Below, piece by piece: positions 45,993-57,426 of a stretch of 64,000 nt of DNA. A program made the translations under genes and the position numbers. Location of the stretch: positions 276,342-340,341 of IMG/VR virus record IMGVR_UViG_3300020172_001601; one strand, given 5' to 3'. The stretch's first letter is position 1. The number at the start of each line of letters is the position of its first letter. The notes beneath the pieces are model-generated. The model was not told the origin of the DNA and did no database searches. It saw nothing but the letters and a program-made list of their open reading frames with translations.

Positions 45993-46319
45993 ATGGCAAA
46001 CTACATTGAAACAACAAGAATTGACCCTAAAAGATTCGTGCCAGTCACAAGTCGCTATGCTGATGTGCCTGTAATCTACTACACAGAAAACAAACTTCTG
46101 ACTTTCACGATTTACAAAAAGACACAAACGCCACTTAGTCGAAAAGATAAGTATTACGTTGTTACGGCTGGTACGGAATATCGGCCCGATTTGGTATCAC
46201 AAACAGCTTATGGAACGGTTGATTTCTGGTGGAAAATTATGGAGGCCAATGAGATCAAAGATATATTTGAATTCAAGGCTGGACTTAACATCAGAATTCC
46301 TGACGCCGTATTTGGGTAA
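45993..46319 (+). CDS. LysM-like baseplate wedge protein (gp53/gpX-like)
   Basis: YRPDLVSQTAYG...WWKIMEAN...IRIP. Confidence 0.8.
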   Translation: MANYIETTRIDPKRFVPVTSRYADVPVIYYTENKLLTFTIYKKTQTPLSRKDKYYVVTAGTEYRPDLVSQTAYGTVDFWWKIMEANEIKDIFEFKAGLNIRIPDAVFG

Positions 46320-46322
46320 ACT

Positions 46323-47789
46323 ATGGCTTGTACAGTAGATTGTCTTCAAACATATGGTTGTGGAGCGCCACAAGAGCCTACACCTGGAGCTATTTTTGCG
46401 CCATATTTGAAGCTGGAATTTGGCGGCGGTCAAGTTATCACAGTCGGAAATGCTTCGGCTCCTCCTGACAACCATGCGACTATCAGTTCGTTTCAATATG
46501 GCTTTGGTCCTGGAACGCCCGGTTATGGTGCGGACTTTGAGATTATTGACCAAGGCGGCGTCATGTACAGAAGGATCATTAAGGCTCTGAATAAGACCAT
46601 TACTAGGGCCAATGATGAAGTGTTAGGCACACACTTTGATTTTGGATGGATCATCAAAAGTTGTGATGGACAGGTGCAATTACAAACAGCATACACCATG
46701 ACTGGCAAGAAGCTCCACGGTATGTTTACAGGAGTGGAGCAGACCTATGAAGGTGGTAAAGTAAAGCTCAAGTTTAGACTTGAAGGACCGCAAAATCGCA
46801 TTCCTGACGTTCGCCACGACGATACTGAAGGGGACGAGGCTCAAAAAATTACATTGAAAGAAGCGTTGAGAGAACTGTTCACGGAAAACCATCCTAAGTT
46901 CACTGATATTCAATTTCGCAGTAAAGATGATGGCGAACTTAAATTCAAAGAATCTGATGGTGGGGAAGACGGACCTAAAGGTGCATGGCCGATAAATCAA
47001 CAAAATCCATTGGCGGCGGCTAGAACATGGTTAAGTTCTGTTTCCACAGAGAATGATCGAGGCATTTTAATTTGTTATGATCCTGATACTTCATCTATCA
47101 TTTTTCAGGAAGACAAAACAGAAACACAATGTTGTGGACAAAACATTGCAACCTATATCGTCAATGGTGGAAATTGCTCGCCTGTACTGGAATTTAACCC
47201 AACCATCAAATGGCCTTTAGGCTTCGTTCCTGGTGGTGGTGCGACTACAGGTGGCAATGCCAGCGGTGCCAATGATGCTTATGTAGAGCCAACAATAGAT
47301 GTGCAAAATGCAGGAACTCAAACTGGTCCTGCGATTCAACAGCATGAATGGATGTGGAGACACCCAGACTCTTTGTCTACAGGAGCATCTCAGGGAAATG
47401 CTGCCCACATGGAAGCCAACAAGAATGTTGAACACATTCCAGGCTTTAGTGCCGAATTGAAGATTCATGGCGATCCTGGATACGCCGATCCGATCTATAT
47501 GATGGCTAAGACAATATCCATTATTGTAATCAATCCTTTTCACATTAACGATCAATGTACTTGGATAACAAAACCTAATTGCAATGCGATCATGAGCAAT
47601 AAGAAATATCGAATTCAAGGTGTAAGTCACCAAATCACTGGTGGTAGTTTTGTGACAACACTAAAAGTTTTCGTGGAACAACCCAACAAAGACATTGACG
47701 CAAGTGATGCTTTGGGCGGCAATGGTTGCGGAACTGAAACATTTGGAGACGATCCAGGTGGTTCATTCGCAACGGACGCCAACGAATAA
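46323..47789 (+). CDS. baseplate hub-like protein
   Basis: Synteny; C-terminal IHGDP and YRIQGVSHQI...FVTTL. Confidence 0.65.
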   Translation: MACTVDCLQTYGCGAPQEPTPGAIFAPYLKLEFGGGQVITVGNASAPPDNHATISSFQYGFGPGTPGYGADFEIIDQGGVMYRRIIKALNKTITRANDEVLGTHFDFGWIIKSCDGQVQLQTAYTMTGKKLHGMFTGVEQTYEGGKVKLKFRLEGPQNRIPDVRHDDTEGDEAQKITLKEALRELFTENHPKFTDIQFRSKDDGELKFKESDGGEDGPKGAWPINQQNPLAAARTWLSSVSTENDRGILICYDPDTSSIIFQEDKTETQCCGQNIATYIVNGGNCSPVLEFNPTIKWPLGFVPGGGATTGGNASGANDAYVEPTIDVQNAGTQTGPAIQQHEWMWRHPDSLSTGASQGNAAHMEANKNVEHIPGFSAELKIHGDPGYADPIYMMAKTISIIVINPFHINDQCTWITKPNCNAIMSNKKYRIQGVSHQITGGSFVTTLKVFVEQPNKDIDASDALGGNGCGTETFGDDPGGSFATDANE

Positions 47790-47799
47790 GGAGAATTAA

Positions 47800-49986
47800 A
47801 TGTCATTAGCAAGACAAGATTATGTAGAGCTACTAGAACGTCGCATTGCTTCTCTTGAGAATCAAATCGGTGGAGTAGCATACAACATGAAATCAGTCGC
47901 AAGACAAGAGCTTGTGGCCAATGCTACCGTTGTAGAACAAGCAGAAATGCAATTCGGCATGTATACAGCGTTATGTATAGAAACAATTGACATTTGGAAG
48001 CAGAACCGAGTTCGCTTCTTTTCTCCTTTGTTCCACGATCAAAAGATGACCGTCAAGAAATTGCCGTGGGCAAGTCCAGTCTCTAATCTGGGCGGCTTCG
48101 ATGACTGTGGAGCCACTTGGGTTCCACCGGCTGGTTCGACGGTTTGCATCATGTTCGAGAACGGAAACCGTGCGTCCCCATACTACATCGGAACGACATG
48201 GCATAGAAACCGTGGTCCCGATGGGCAGCACAATTGGGGCTACAACATTGAAGAATACTACAAGATTTGGGACGGTAAACGCAAAGGGTATTTGGTTGGC
48301 CCCGACGATGGTTCTCAAGTATTTCCACCTTGGAATACAGAAAACTATAACGGGTTCGATCTGTCGTCTCTTGTTGACTTTGCCGACAACCCTGAAGCAC
48401 AAAAGTTAATCACCTATCCAAACATCTTTGGCATCAAAACCCCAGAGAAGCATTACATCAAGATGGTGGATGGTGATCCAAAGTGCAATAGAAAATGGAA
48501 GCGGTTTGAAATCATGTCCAGTTGTGGAAACTGGATCATGCTTAAAGACGATCACTTGCATTATGCAGGGCAGTGGGCGCACCCACAGTGCGGGGTTCCA
48601 GATGGAGAAACAAGTTGCGTAGAAGACGCAGACAATAGTTCTCAAGAAGACAAACTAAGGGGTGGATTCGGTATTCAAGGATTGAATACTGAGGTTCAGG
48701 GAGAAATCACAGTCAAGACTGTGGCTGATGCCGAAGAAGAAGCGAACACAACAGATATAACGCCAAAAACAGGAAAGAAGAAAGAAGAAGTTCCTTGCGA
48801 GGGCAAAAAGAGCAATAGCAAGATTATTGGTGGACACCCTTCTACTGGTGCGCCAAATACGAAACACTACAAGTCTCAGGTTGGAGCAAACCCATTCTTC
48901 AAGCATCGTCAAGAATGTCGTCCATACAAGGGACCACCAACTCCACAGAACAATACTTGTGATTTACCTCAAAGCGGCATTCAGATTATGTCGATTAGCG
49001 GACACACGTTCGTTATGGACGATTCTGTTGAGGAACCATCGGGAGAGCCAACTTGGGATAGAGAGTTTGATTTCGGTTGTAATGACCATTATGTGGGCCG
49101 AACGTATTGGAAGTCTGCCACGGGCCATCTCATTGAGATAAGTGATGTGGAAAGTCCTCCAGGCGATGATGGGGCCAAATTGCGTGGCAAAGACAACTAT
49201 ATCAAGATTTTGACTGCCACTGGCAACAAAATCGAGTTAAACGATCACACAGAGTCCCAGAAGGACTGTCCTGGTTGCCCGCCAAACATTGCCGGTTCTG
49301 AACGTGGCATTCACCTAAGAAGCACTAGCAATCACACCATTGATATGGTGGATGAGACGAATGAGCAATGCGCTCCATGTCGTATGGAAGGCGGCGTGCC
49401 GATTCCGAAGGCGAAGAAGGCTTTCGTTAGAATCCGCACAGGGTATGGTCTGGAGATGAAGTATCATGATGATGATAGCCAAGAAGAGACAAAGCAACAA
49501 TACATTCAAATATTCTGCCCTCAAAAAGACAACGAAGAACGTGGTCCGCACATTCACAGGTATCAGGAAGCCCCATCGGGTCCAGGTCTTGTATTCCTGC
49601 GTGTAGGTGGAAACTACATTGTTTCAACTTACGACAACCACATTACCATTGTGGGCGACGAAGAGAAAAATCCGTCAGATTTGATGGAGATAGTAACCAG
49701 AACCAACCTCGTATATACCAAAGACGTATACCTCAACATCACCGACAAACTCCATCTGTTTTATGCCAAGGAAGTCATATTGCTACTGGCCGGTGAGGAT
49801 TGCAGTCCTCCTCCGGGTTGCGGGGGTTGTGGTGGTCCAGACCCGTGCTTCGGAGCCGTTATTGTTTACGACTTCTGTACTGGCTGCGTGAGGATTAGTG
49901 ACCGTGTATTTGCCAGCACATCTGCAAAGGCACAACAATTGTCAATCTTCCAGTTGGCACCGTTCATGAAATGCCCACCATGCTAA
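47800..49986 (+). CDS. baseplate central spike (gp5/VgrG-like)
   Basis: OB-fold motif LPWA...VPPAGSTVCIMFENGN...PYYIG; SGH..E..D repeats. Confidence 0.8.
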   Translation: MSLARQDYVELLERRIASLENQIGGVAYNMKSVARQELVANATVVEQAEMQFGMYTALCIETIDIWKQNRVRFFSPLFHDQKMTVKKLPWASPVSNLGGFDDCGATWVPPAGSTVCIMFENGNRASPYYIGTTWHRNRGPDGQHNWGYNIEEYYKIWDGKRKGYLVGPDDGSQVFPPWNTENYNGFDLSSLVDFADNPEAQKLITYPNIFGIKTPEKHYIKMVDGDPKCNRKWKRFEIMSSCGNWIMLKDDHLHYAGQWAHPQCGVPDGETSCVEDADNSSQEDKLRGGFGIQGLNTEVQGEITVKTVADAEEEANTTDITPKTGKKKEEVPCEGKKSNSKIIGGHPSTGAPNTKHYKSQVGANPFFKHRQECRPYKGPPTPQNNTCDLPQSGIQIMSISGHTFVMDDSVEEPSGEPTWDREFDFGCNDHYVGRTYWKSATGHLIEISDVESPPGDDGAKLRGKDNYIKILTATGNKIELNDHTESQKDCPGCPPNIAGSERGIHLRSTSNHTIDMVDETNEQCAPCRMEGGVPIPKAKKAFVRIRTGYGLEMKYHDDDSQEETKQQYIQIFCPQKDNEERGPHIHRYQEAPSGPGLVFLRVGGNYIVSTYDNHITIVGDEEKNPSDLMEIVTRTNLVYTKDVYLNITDKLHLFYAKEVILLLAGEDCSPPPGCGGCGGPDPCFGAVIVYDFCTGCVRISDRVFASTSAKAQQLSIFQLAPFMKCPPC

Positions 49987-49996
49987 TGGAGATTAA

Positions 49997-50419
49997 ATGA
50001 GATTATTCCTCGGCGTACCATATCCTATCGTAAAGAATGCAAGGGGCTTCCTTTATTCTCAGGATGGGATTGACCAGATTAAATCCGATATGTTGGTTCT
50101 TTTGTTGACCAATCCAGGCGAACGGGTGATGAACCCGACTTTCGGCACTCCACTGCGCAAGTTGATTTTCGAGCCTAATGATGTTGCACTAAGACTTCAG
50201 GCAAAAAACATGATAATCAACTCAATTAAGAAGTGGGAGCCACGAATTGCCGTCACGAACATTGAAGTTAGCTCGAAGATTGACAAGAACTCCTTAAACA
50301 AAGCAGAGCAAAAACAAGACCTTGAGCATATTTTGTTCATCCGAATTATTTTCGTGGACCCACAAAACATTAAAGAAGTGCAAGAATTACTGCTCGAAGT
50401 GCCACTAGGGGGAACATAA
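49997..50419 (+). CDS. baseplate wedge subunit, gp25-like
   Basis: LLTNPGERVMNPTFG...LIFEP...WEPRI. Confidence 0.93.
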   Translation: MRLFLGVPYPIVKNARGFLYSQDGIDQIKSDMLVLLLTNPGERVMNPTFGTPLRKLIFEPNDVALRLQAKNMIINSIKKWEPRIAVTNIEVSSKIDKNSLNKAEQKQDLEHILFIRIIFVDPQNIKEVQELLLEVPLGGT

Positions 50420-51975
50420 TGGCGACCAATAACTGCCCGTTTGACATTACACCATATACTCAGTCGCAAATTATCACGACTCCGAACATCTTTAATTTGA
50501 ACTATACAAATCAAGATTTCTGGTCGATGAAAACCCGATTGATTGAATTCACAAGACAGAAGTTTGACAAGGAATTTTCAGACTTCGTAGAGTCGTCGCT
50601 TGCCATTATGCTCATCGAAAATTGGGCGTTTTTGGCTGATACTCTGTCTTTCAAAATGGACCAAATTGCCAATGAAGTATTCATTGACACCGTTACAGAA
50701 GCAGAAAACGCATTTCGGTTGGCAAAGCTAGTTGGCTTTAAGCCACAGCCACCTATTGCTGCAAGAATGCTATGGACTGCGAGTCTGAATAATCCGGTTT
50801 TGACTGATGTGGTCATTCCTGCTCCGTTTGATTTGAAAATCAGCACTGGCAACAAACAACTATCAATTGAACTATTCCCTGCTGACGCTGACAACAACCC
50901 TATCTTCGACCAGGATATTTTGATTCCTGCCGGTGGCGTGGTGAATGCCAGTATCGTCGGATTGGAAGGCATTACCCGCCTGTTGGAAACAAATGGCAAT
51001 GGAACAGTAGCCCAGACAATCACACTAGAAGAATTCCCTGTAATCTACGACTCGGTTCGAGTGCAGGTCGATGGCGTATTGTGGACTCAGGTTGATTATT
51101 TCACCGACTCTCAGCCACGAAGAGAATACCGACTGGAGTTCAATTCCAATTATCAAGCATTCGTGATTTTTGGAAACAATCGAGCCGGATTGATTCCTTC
51201 TCAGGGAAGCAAAATTTTAATCACTTACCGCAAGGGTGGTGGTTCAATTGGAAACATCGTCAGTGGAACCATTGAAAAACAAACCATTGTCAATGTTCCC
51301 GGACTCTCTTTCAGTGTGCCTATTGGTTTAAGAAATTACACCAAAGGTGAATTTGGTTATGACGGCGACACGATTGAAGACATCAGAAATAAATTGCCAG
51401 CCTGGGTAAGAGCGCAAAATCGAGCAGTCACCGGATTAGATTACAAGACGTTGACCGATCAGTTTGCTACGGCTTACCAGGGTCAAATCGGTAAATCCAC
51501 AGCAGTATTAAGAAACTATGGTTGCTCTGGCAACATCGTTGACTTGTATGTTTTGGCATTGAATGGAAATGACAAGTTGCAGGAAGCAAGCAATGAGCTA
51601 AAGGTAGAATTAGAGAACTACATAGATTCCTTAAAGATGTTTACAGATCACGTCTGTATTCGTGATGGGCAAGTAGTGGTTGTCGATACAGGACTTGATG
51701 TTGTGCTGGATCGGTTTTACCGAAAGTTTGAAGATGAATTGAGAATCAAAATTCAAAGAAGGCTTGATTCTTTCTTTGCATTGAAAAATTGGGAATACGG
51801 TCAGACCCTAAGAGATTCAGACATGATTAAGTCTCTTTCCGACTTGAAAGAGATTCAGAGATACGAAGTAAATTTCGTTACGAACGATGCCGACAATGGT
51901 GGGAGCAGAGTGACAACTAAGTTCTACGAAATCATCCGGCCCGACACAACGGATATTACATTCACATACGAGTAA
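50419..51975 (+). CDS. baseplate wedge subunit, gp6/J-like
   Basis: YT..DF, D.LSF..D...NE.F, AQNRAVT..DY. Confidence 0.9.
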   Translation: MATNNCPFDITPYTQSQIITTPNIFNLNYTNQDFWSMKTRLIEFTRQKFDKEFSDFVESSLAIMLIENWAFLADTLSFKMDQIANEVFIDTVTEAENAFRLAKLVGFKPQPPIAARMLWTASLNNPVLTDVVIPAPFDLKISTGNKQLSIELFPADADNNPIFDQDILIPAGGVVNASIVGLEGITRLLETNGNGTVAQTITLEEFPVIYDSVRVQVDGVLWTQVDYFTDSQPRREYRLEFNSNYQAFVIFGNNRAGLIPSQGSKILITYRKGGGSIGNIVSGTIEKQTIVNVPGLSFSVPIGLRNYTKGEFGYDGDTIEDIRNKLPAWVRAQNRAVTGLDYKTLTDQFATAYQGQIGKSTAVLRNYGCSGNIVDLYVLALNGNDKLQEASNELKVELENYIDSLKMFTDHVCIRDGQVVVVDTGLDVVLDRFYRKFEDELRIKIQRRLDSFFALKNWEYGQTLRDSDMIKSLSDLKEIQRYEVNFVTNDADNGGSRVTTKFYEIIRPDTTDITFTYE

Positions 51976-51985
51976 GGAGAAGGTT

Positions 51986-54900
51986 GTGGCGATACTGACA
52001 ATAAATGACAACCCGTCTATTTCGGACACGATTGTATTCACTTTGTATACACCGGATGCCCAAGGCTGCTTCACGTCCAATCCTTACAAAGTCAATCGTC
52101 TTGTCATCTATTATGTAGAACGTGATTTCACCAGTGGTAACTTAAATGAGTATCAAAACAAGACCTATGACTTAGCAAAACTAAAGGCTGCTGAAGTTGC
52201 CGAGGCCACAGCTTGTGCCACGCCAAATGATGCAAATATAGCAGAAGCCAAAAGACTTCGAGCCATTGCAGAAAGCAATGTGACGGTTTCGCCATTCTTC
52301 TTCAATGAAGCATCTCCAGTTCACATCGTAGGCAATGATAGTTTCCCGGCATGGCTCTCCACTGATCTGGACAACACCTTTGTCGATTTAGTTGATGGAG
52401 TCTTTGGTCAATACACCTACACATGGCAACCACAAGGTATGCGTGAAGGTGACTATTTCATTTGTTGGACTTGGACACCGTTGATTGCTGGCGACAGCTT
52501 GTCGGCCCATGTTAGGTTTACCCTAAAGGGCGACACACAAACCACCACCAGCATTCCATCGCACTTTACCAATCCAGATAAATATGAAACGCTGCTTGAG
52601 CGATACACTCCCGATATGTTCAAGATGGTCATATCAGAAAATGACCGTACACCTGACGTATTGGATAAATTCAATAAAGCAGTTGCGTTGGGATTCAACA
52701 CCTTAGAAGACCTGGGCAATCAGATTGTCGATCTTCAAGATGCCAACTCAATTCATGAAGCCTTAATCCCATATTTGTCCAATTTGTTTGATCTCAAACT
52801 GAAGACAGACGACCCTACACGTTGGAGAGGTCAAATCAAACGTGCCGTTCCGTTATACAAAATGAAAGGAACAAAAAAGGGTTTGGCCGAAGCGTTAGAA
52901 CATGCAGCTATCACCATGATGGGATTGACCCAATTATGGGAGGTCACTTCATCTTACACATGGCAAGAAGTGGTCAAGTTCGATGGAACAAGCGATACCT
53001 TTGAGCTTGAAAAAGTTGCATTGCCTATTGATTACGACAATTTTGAATTGTGGCTACGACCTGCGGACAGCACGACATGGATTCCTTTAAGTTCTGATTA
53101 TGTTGAGTTTCTAACTAGCGATGGCACAACCTATATGACTTGGGCAGGAAGCGGCCTGTCTATTGAGCCTATTGATCTATTAGAGGGAGATGAAATCAGG
53201 GTTCTGTACAAGTATGCAGAAGTTGCCGATCCCACCACCCAAGCAATAGAAAACTATGTTAGGTCATTGCCCTTAATGGACCAACGAGATGAACGAGATC
53301 AAGTTTATCCTTTGAAGAATTGGAATGTCCGAGTAATCCCTGAAAATGATTCGATGTTTGACTTAGTGATTCCAACTCGCCATCCATACCATGAATTTTT
53401 GGTATATGGAAAGGTGCGAACTGAATTCCCATATAGTGAAAACATCTACAACATGGAAGAATACAACGGCAGTATTCGCAACTCTAAATTGCCTTGCGAT
53501 ATTGACCGCAACTTCGTTGATCCATGCACTGCATGTATTAGCAGCAACTACAACATCGACTTGGAAATTGAAAACTTATCAGATGATCGCATTCTTGAAG
53601 CAAAGGAAGTTCTTCGAGAATTTTCGCCGTTTCATGCTGTGCTGCACACTTTCAATTTTATTGGTGGCATCAACGAATTCGTTGAATCTCCAATCGAAGA
53701 AGTAGAAGCCTTAGTATCCATGCAAGGCAGTGAGTTTGTTATTGCTGGTGAGGGCCAACAATACTTCAACCGAATCATGAGATTGGTTGAGACGACTGGC
53801 ATTCTTAGAGATGAACTGGCAGACAAAACGGTTGCTGTGGCAACTACCACGGGAACAGCATACAACGATGAAGTTGTATTGTTCTGTCCTGACTTGCAAT
53901 TAAATCGAATTGGAATGGCATTAGATGGCAGTGCCACAATGACTGTGTTTGCTCCGTCGCTTCTCGCTGGCGGCTACACGGTAGACAATCCGAGGGGTAA
54001 TGCTGCATCGGTTTCTGGTGCCATCAATGTAAACTTAATGGTGACAAGCAATCAGGCTTTTACTTTTGACATCGACAATTTGGTGTTGGATGGAACACTG
54101 TGCAACATTGCCCAAGACAACATCTTTGTCATTTCAGATGCTACTCAAGATTTTGGACTGCTGGGAACCCAATCAACATTTGACGTAGATCAAGGAACTG
54201 CAATAACTGCATGGAAAGTTTTGATTCCGGCTTATAGCGGCACGCCATATGTGATTAAAAACGTACAACCAGATGGAAGTTTGGTTTTAACCAATGATGG
54301 CACGTTGCCTAGCAATAATGCTTCCAATGTAACTTACAGTTTGATTCGCAACCTGACAACAATTGTCACAAGTACAGTTGGTGAGTTTAACGTCACTAAG
54401 CGTGGTCGTGTGACTGCTTTGAGTAGTTCAGTGTTGCCAATTCGCAATGCAATCCGACTGGATAATACATTCCAAAAGATCAACTTGGAAGAATACCCAA
54501 TTCTTGAATTTGTAGATGGCACAACTGACCAGTATTACATCGGCAAATATTATGACAATATGGGCAACAACCGGGGCGACATCAACAACACCAACTTGCG
54601 GGTCAACCAAAAAGTTGCCGAAAAACAAGTTGGCTACCTGCATTATCGAGGCTTAAAGCTACAGATGGCAGGCAATTTAGAGTCCAGTCTGGGAATCCAG
54701 AACGGTGCTAACTCTCTTGTAGTTGTGGACGAAGGTGTTGAAAACAATGAATTTAGAGAGAATTTCGTTGTTGTTATTGGGTCTGACAGCTACTTCATGG
54801 ATCAAATAGACGGCGATAATCCATCAGGATTTACGACGTTTACATTGTCTGGCAACCCTTATTGGTGGAAAACATTAAATCTGGGTGGAACATCCGTCAG

Positions 54901-55150
54901 CGTGACTATTTACAAATACACAAAGAATGGTGCAACTATAGCTGGACAGCAATTCAATTTGCCCGCACATACTTTCCGTACATTGGATCGGGCTGGACGC
55001 CCTGTGATTGATCGAGTGGATCAAGACGGGACGGTAACTGGATTAAGTCTGCCTGAAGGGAATCAAATTAACGAATTCGTTCAACAAACTGAGGGGATCA
55101 CCTTTAGCATTGAATATGCTGACGGAACGACCGAACAAGGAGAGATATGA
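51986..55150 (+). CDS. baseplate wedge subunit, gp7 / tail protein I-like
   Basis: LIPYLSNLF...IKRAVPLYKMKGTKKGL; P.H motif. Confidence 0.75.
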   Translation: MAILTINDNPSISDTIVFTLYTPDAQGCFTSNPYKVNRLVIYYVERDFTSGNLNEYQNKTYDLAKLKAAEVAEATACATPNDANIAEAKRLRAIAESNVTVSPFFFNEASPVHIVGNDSFPAWLSTDLDNTFVDLVDGVFGQYTYTWQPQGMREGDYFICWTWTPLIAGDSLSAHVRFTLKGDTQTTTSIPSHFTNPDKYETLLERYTPDMFKMVISENDRTPDVLDKFNKAVALGFNTLEDLGNQIVDLQDANSIHEALIPYLSNLFDLKLKTDDPTRWRGQIKRAVPLYKMKGTKKGLAEALEHAAITMMGLTQLWEVTSSYTWQEVVKFDGTSDTFELEKVALPIDYDNFELWLRPADSTTWIPLSSDYVEFLTSDGTTYMTWAGSGLSIEPIDLLEGDEIRVLYKYAEVADPTTQAIENYVRSLPLMDQRDERDQVYPLKNWNVRVIPENDSMFDLVIPTRHPYHEFLVYGKVRTEFPYSENIYNMEEYNGSIRNSKLPCDIDRNFVDPCTACISSNYNIDLEIENLSDDRILEAKEVLREFSPFHAVLHTFNFIGGINEFVESPIEEVEALVSMQGSEFVIAGEGQQYFNRIMRLVETTGILRDELADKTVAVATTTGTAYNDEVVLFCPDLQLNRIGMALDGSATMTVFAPSLLAGGYTVDNPRGNAASVSGAINVNLMVTSNQAFTFDIDNLVLDGTLCNIAQDNIFVISDATQDFGLLGTQSTFDVDQGTAITAWKVLIPAYSGTPYVIKNVQPDGSLVLTNDGTLPSNNASNVTYSLIRNLTTIVTSTVGEFNVTKRGRVTALSSSVLPIRNAIRLDNTFQKINLEEYPILEFVDGTTDQYYIGKYYDNMGNNRGDINNTNLRVNQKVAEKQVGYLHYRGLKLQMAGNLESSLGIQNGANSLVVVDEGVENNEFRENFVVVIGSDSYFMDQIDGDNPSGFTTFTLSGNPYWWKTLNLGGTSVSVTIYKYTKNGATIAGQQFNLPAHTFRTLDRAGRPVIDRVDQDGTVTGLSLPEGNQINEFVQQTEGITFSIEYADGTTEQGEI

Positions 55151-55626
55151 TAGAAATTACTGACGGGCTGAAGCCCTGCGGGTTCGTCCAAGCTATAATT
55201 GATTATGAATCCGGCGAACGAAAGATCGTTGAATTCCCCAATACTGTATTGACGAAAGGGCGAGAAGCCCTAGCTTCTTGTTTGGCTCGTGACATCGGTG
55301 ATGGATTCAACTTCTATGTCAATCGAATGTTATTTGGCGACGGCGGCACAGCAGACGGTTCCACTAAATTTGTGGCGACCAGTCGAAATGGTTTGTTTGG
55401 AATTACCCAAGCCAGCAAACCAGTTGTAGCCTCAGTTGATCCCAATATTCCTTCGCAAGTGATTTTCACATCTGTTATTGCTTTCTCCGAAGCTAATGGT
55501 GCAGTTCTTAACGAAATGGCACTTCAAATGGCAAGCGGGAATCTATACAGCATGGTGACGTTCCCAGACTTAACCAAGACTGCACAAATGCAGATCACTT
55601 GGAATTGGCGATTAACTTTTGTATAA
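55147..55626 (+). CDS. tail fibre attachment / collar-like structural protein
   Basis: N.V...G, GDGG, EANG..LNEMAL, K......I.W. Confidence 0.65.
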   Translation: MIEITDGLKPCGFVQAIIDYESGERKIVEFPNTVLTKGREALASCLARDIGDGFNFYVNRMLFGDGGTADGSTKFVATSRNGLFGITQASKPVVASVDPNIPSQVIFTSVIAFSEANGAVLNEMALQMASGNLYSMVTFPDLTKTAQMQITWNWRLTFV

Positions 55627-55640
55627 ACACAGGAATAAAA

Positions 55641-55988
55641 ATGAAGAATTTTTGGTTAGAAAGAGCAGAGAAGAAAGAAGCCGCAGCAATGGAGCAAAGC
55701 ATTGAGAAGATTCTCGATACTTACTTTAGCTATGTAATCACCCCATTGACAATGGACACATGCGGCCCTTGTAGCACAATTACTGTAAGTATTGGATATT
55801 TGCCAACAAGCCTTTATGCTTCAATCGGCACAGTGGTTGCCTCTATTGACGCAGATGGTTTTGCACGAGATGCGGGCAACACAATGATTACTTGTAGTCC
55901 ACAGCTTACTGGCTTTGTCTATACAGACTCATCTTTTCAGAAAGAATCAGAACGTGTCGAAGCTCAAGGCTGGGTTTTGGACGTTTAA
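55641..55988 (+). CDS. hypothetical protein
   Basis: AGGA RBS. Confidence 0.65.
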   Translation: MKNFWLERAEKKEAAAMEQSIEKILDTYFSYVITPLTMDTCGPCSTITVSIGYLPTSLYASIGTVVASIDADGFARDAGNTMITCSPQLTGFVYTDSSFQKESERVEAQGWVLDV

Positions 55989-56016
55989 GCAATAGATAAG
56001 ATAATCAAGGAGAGCC

Positions 56017-56868
56017 ATGCCAGATTTAAGCCAATTACCAGTACCGCTATACAGCGCAGATCAGCCGTACCATTGGGAATATGACAATTTGCCGTTGAAG
56101 ACTCTGGCAGACAGAGACTTAATCATCAACGCCGAAGTCGATGTCCAAGGAGCGGTTCTGCGTGAAACCGCAGGCACACAGGGTACATTGGCTAATCGCT
56201 TGGCTCAATCCATTGATGAAGATGGCAATTTGCTTCCTGATGCTGTCGATCAGGCTGCACATAATATTGCCGAGCATACAGATGGCACAAAAAGTGTATC
56301 AGGCCCAGAATTAGCTGACTATATTGCTCTAGGGTTTCCCACCTTAACTAACCCTGTGGGCTTTGTCAGAATGCTTGCCTCTGAACGAGACAAGCTGGCC
56401 CTGATAGCTGATGAAGCTACAAATTTGATGATGTCAGTTGAGACAATATCGAATATAGTGCTTTTTGAAGAAGGCACGGTAGAATTTGTATCTTCAGAAA
56501 GCGTCAATTGGGAAGTTGAAGCACCAAACAAGGTCAAGGCTGTACTAACAATCTCGACCGAGTTTGCTCATCGACACTATTACGATCTGACGCCGATAAT
56601 GCTACCGACAAACGATCTAGTGCCTATTGACTACAAACTCTTCAAGGTTACTTCAACGTCTACGCCATATATCGAGGACAGTCTTCGTGTATATGTTAAC
56701 GGAGTTCGATTGAACCGCAACTACAGCGTTTATTATCCAAGCAATCCAATTTCAACATGGAGCTTGAATGCTTTCACCGCTGATGCCGCAAACGGCTTGT
56801 TCACCCTGAGCAATCCAATTACCGATGAAGATATTATCCAGATCGACTTCGACGAAGCCTTAACCTAA
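56017..56868 (+). CDS. putative structural protein
   Basis: DNLPLKTLADRD and SLRVYVNGVRL tail-associated patterns. Confidence 0.75.
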   Translation: MPDLSQLPVPLYSADQPYHWEYDNLPLKTLADRDLIINAEVDVQGAVLRETAGTQGTLANRLAQSIDEDGNLLPDAVDQAAHNIAEHTDGTKSVSGPELADYIALGFPTLTNPVGFVRMLASERDKLALIADEATNLMMSVETISNIVLFEEGTVEFVSSESVNWEVEAPNKVKAVLTISTEFAHRHYYDLTPIMLPTNDLVPIDYKLFKVTSTSTPYIEDSLRVYVNGVRLNRNYSVYYPSNPISTWSLNAFTADAANGLFTLSNPITDEDIIQIDFDEALT

Positions 56869-56889
56869 TCTCCAATCAGGAGAATCAAT

Positions 56890-57426
56890 TTGAAAATGTA
56901 TAGCCACAAAGACCTTAAATGTGGTTTTGTGATACTCTGCCCTGAGCATACCGTAGGGCTGCTTAAATGCACTGTGAATTCAATCAAGTGCCGCTACCCA
57001 GACTTGCCGATGGTATGCGCTACAGATGACTCGGCGACCGCCGCAGACATGAAAGAATTAAAGGCTATTTGCCCAACCTACAAGGGCAAATCGACCTTCT
57101 CTTCTCTTATCAATGTTGGAATGAGACACGCCCCAGCCGAATGGAGCTTCATCCTTTGTGCCGGAGTTACCGTAAACTGGAAAATGGACGAGCGATTCGC
57201 CTACTTCACAGAAAGCGAAAAAGACATCTTGTTTCCTATTGTCGAAAAGAAGGCCAACTTTGTTGACGCCACCCTCAATGGTCTTTTCATTAACAAAAAG
57301 ACATGGAAAGAAGTTGGCGATATGGACAATGACGGCACCTTTGAGGAAGTTAAAATTCTCTGGGGCATAAGAGCCATTGATAAAGGCGTCCAATTCAAAG
57401 CCATTGCAGGCAGCAAAGTCTGCTAA
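56890..57426 (+). CDS. GT-A-fold-like protein
   Basis: LKCTVNSI..., SLINVGMRHAPAEW; no clear DxD. Confidence 0.5.
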   Translation: MKMYSHKDLKCGFVILCPEHTVGLLKCTVNSIKCRYPDLPMVCATDDSATAADMKELKAICPTYKGKSTFSSLINVGMRHAPAEWSFILCAGVTVNWKMDERFAYFTESEKDILFPIVEKKANFVDATLNGLFINKKTWKEVGDMDNDGTFEEVKILWGIRAIDKGVQFKAIAGSKVC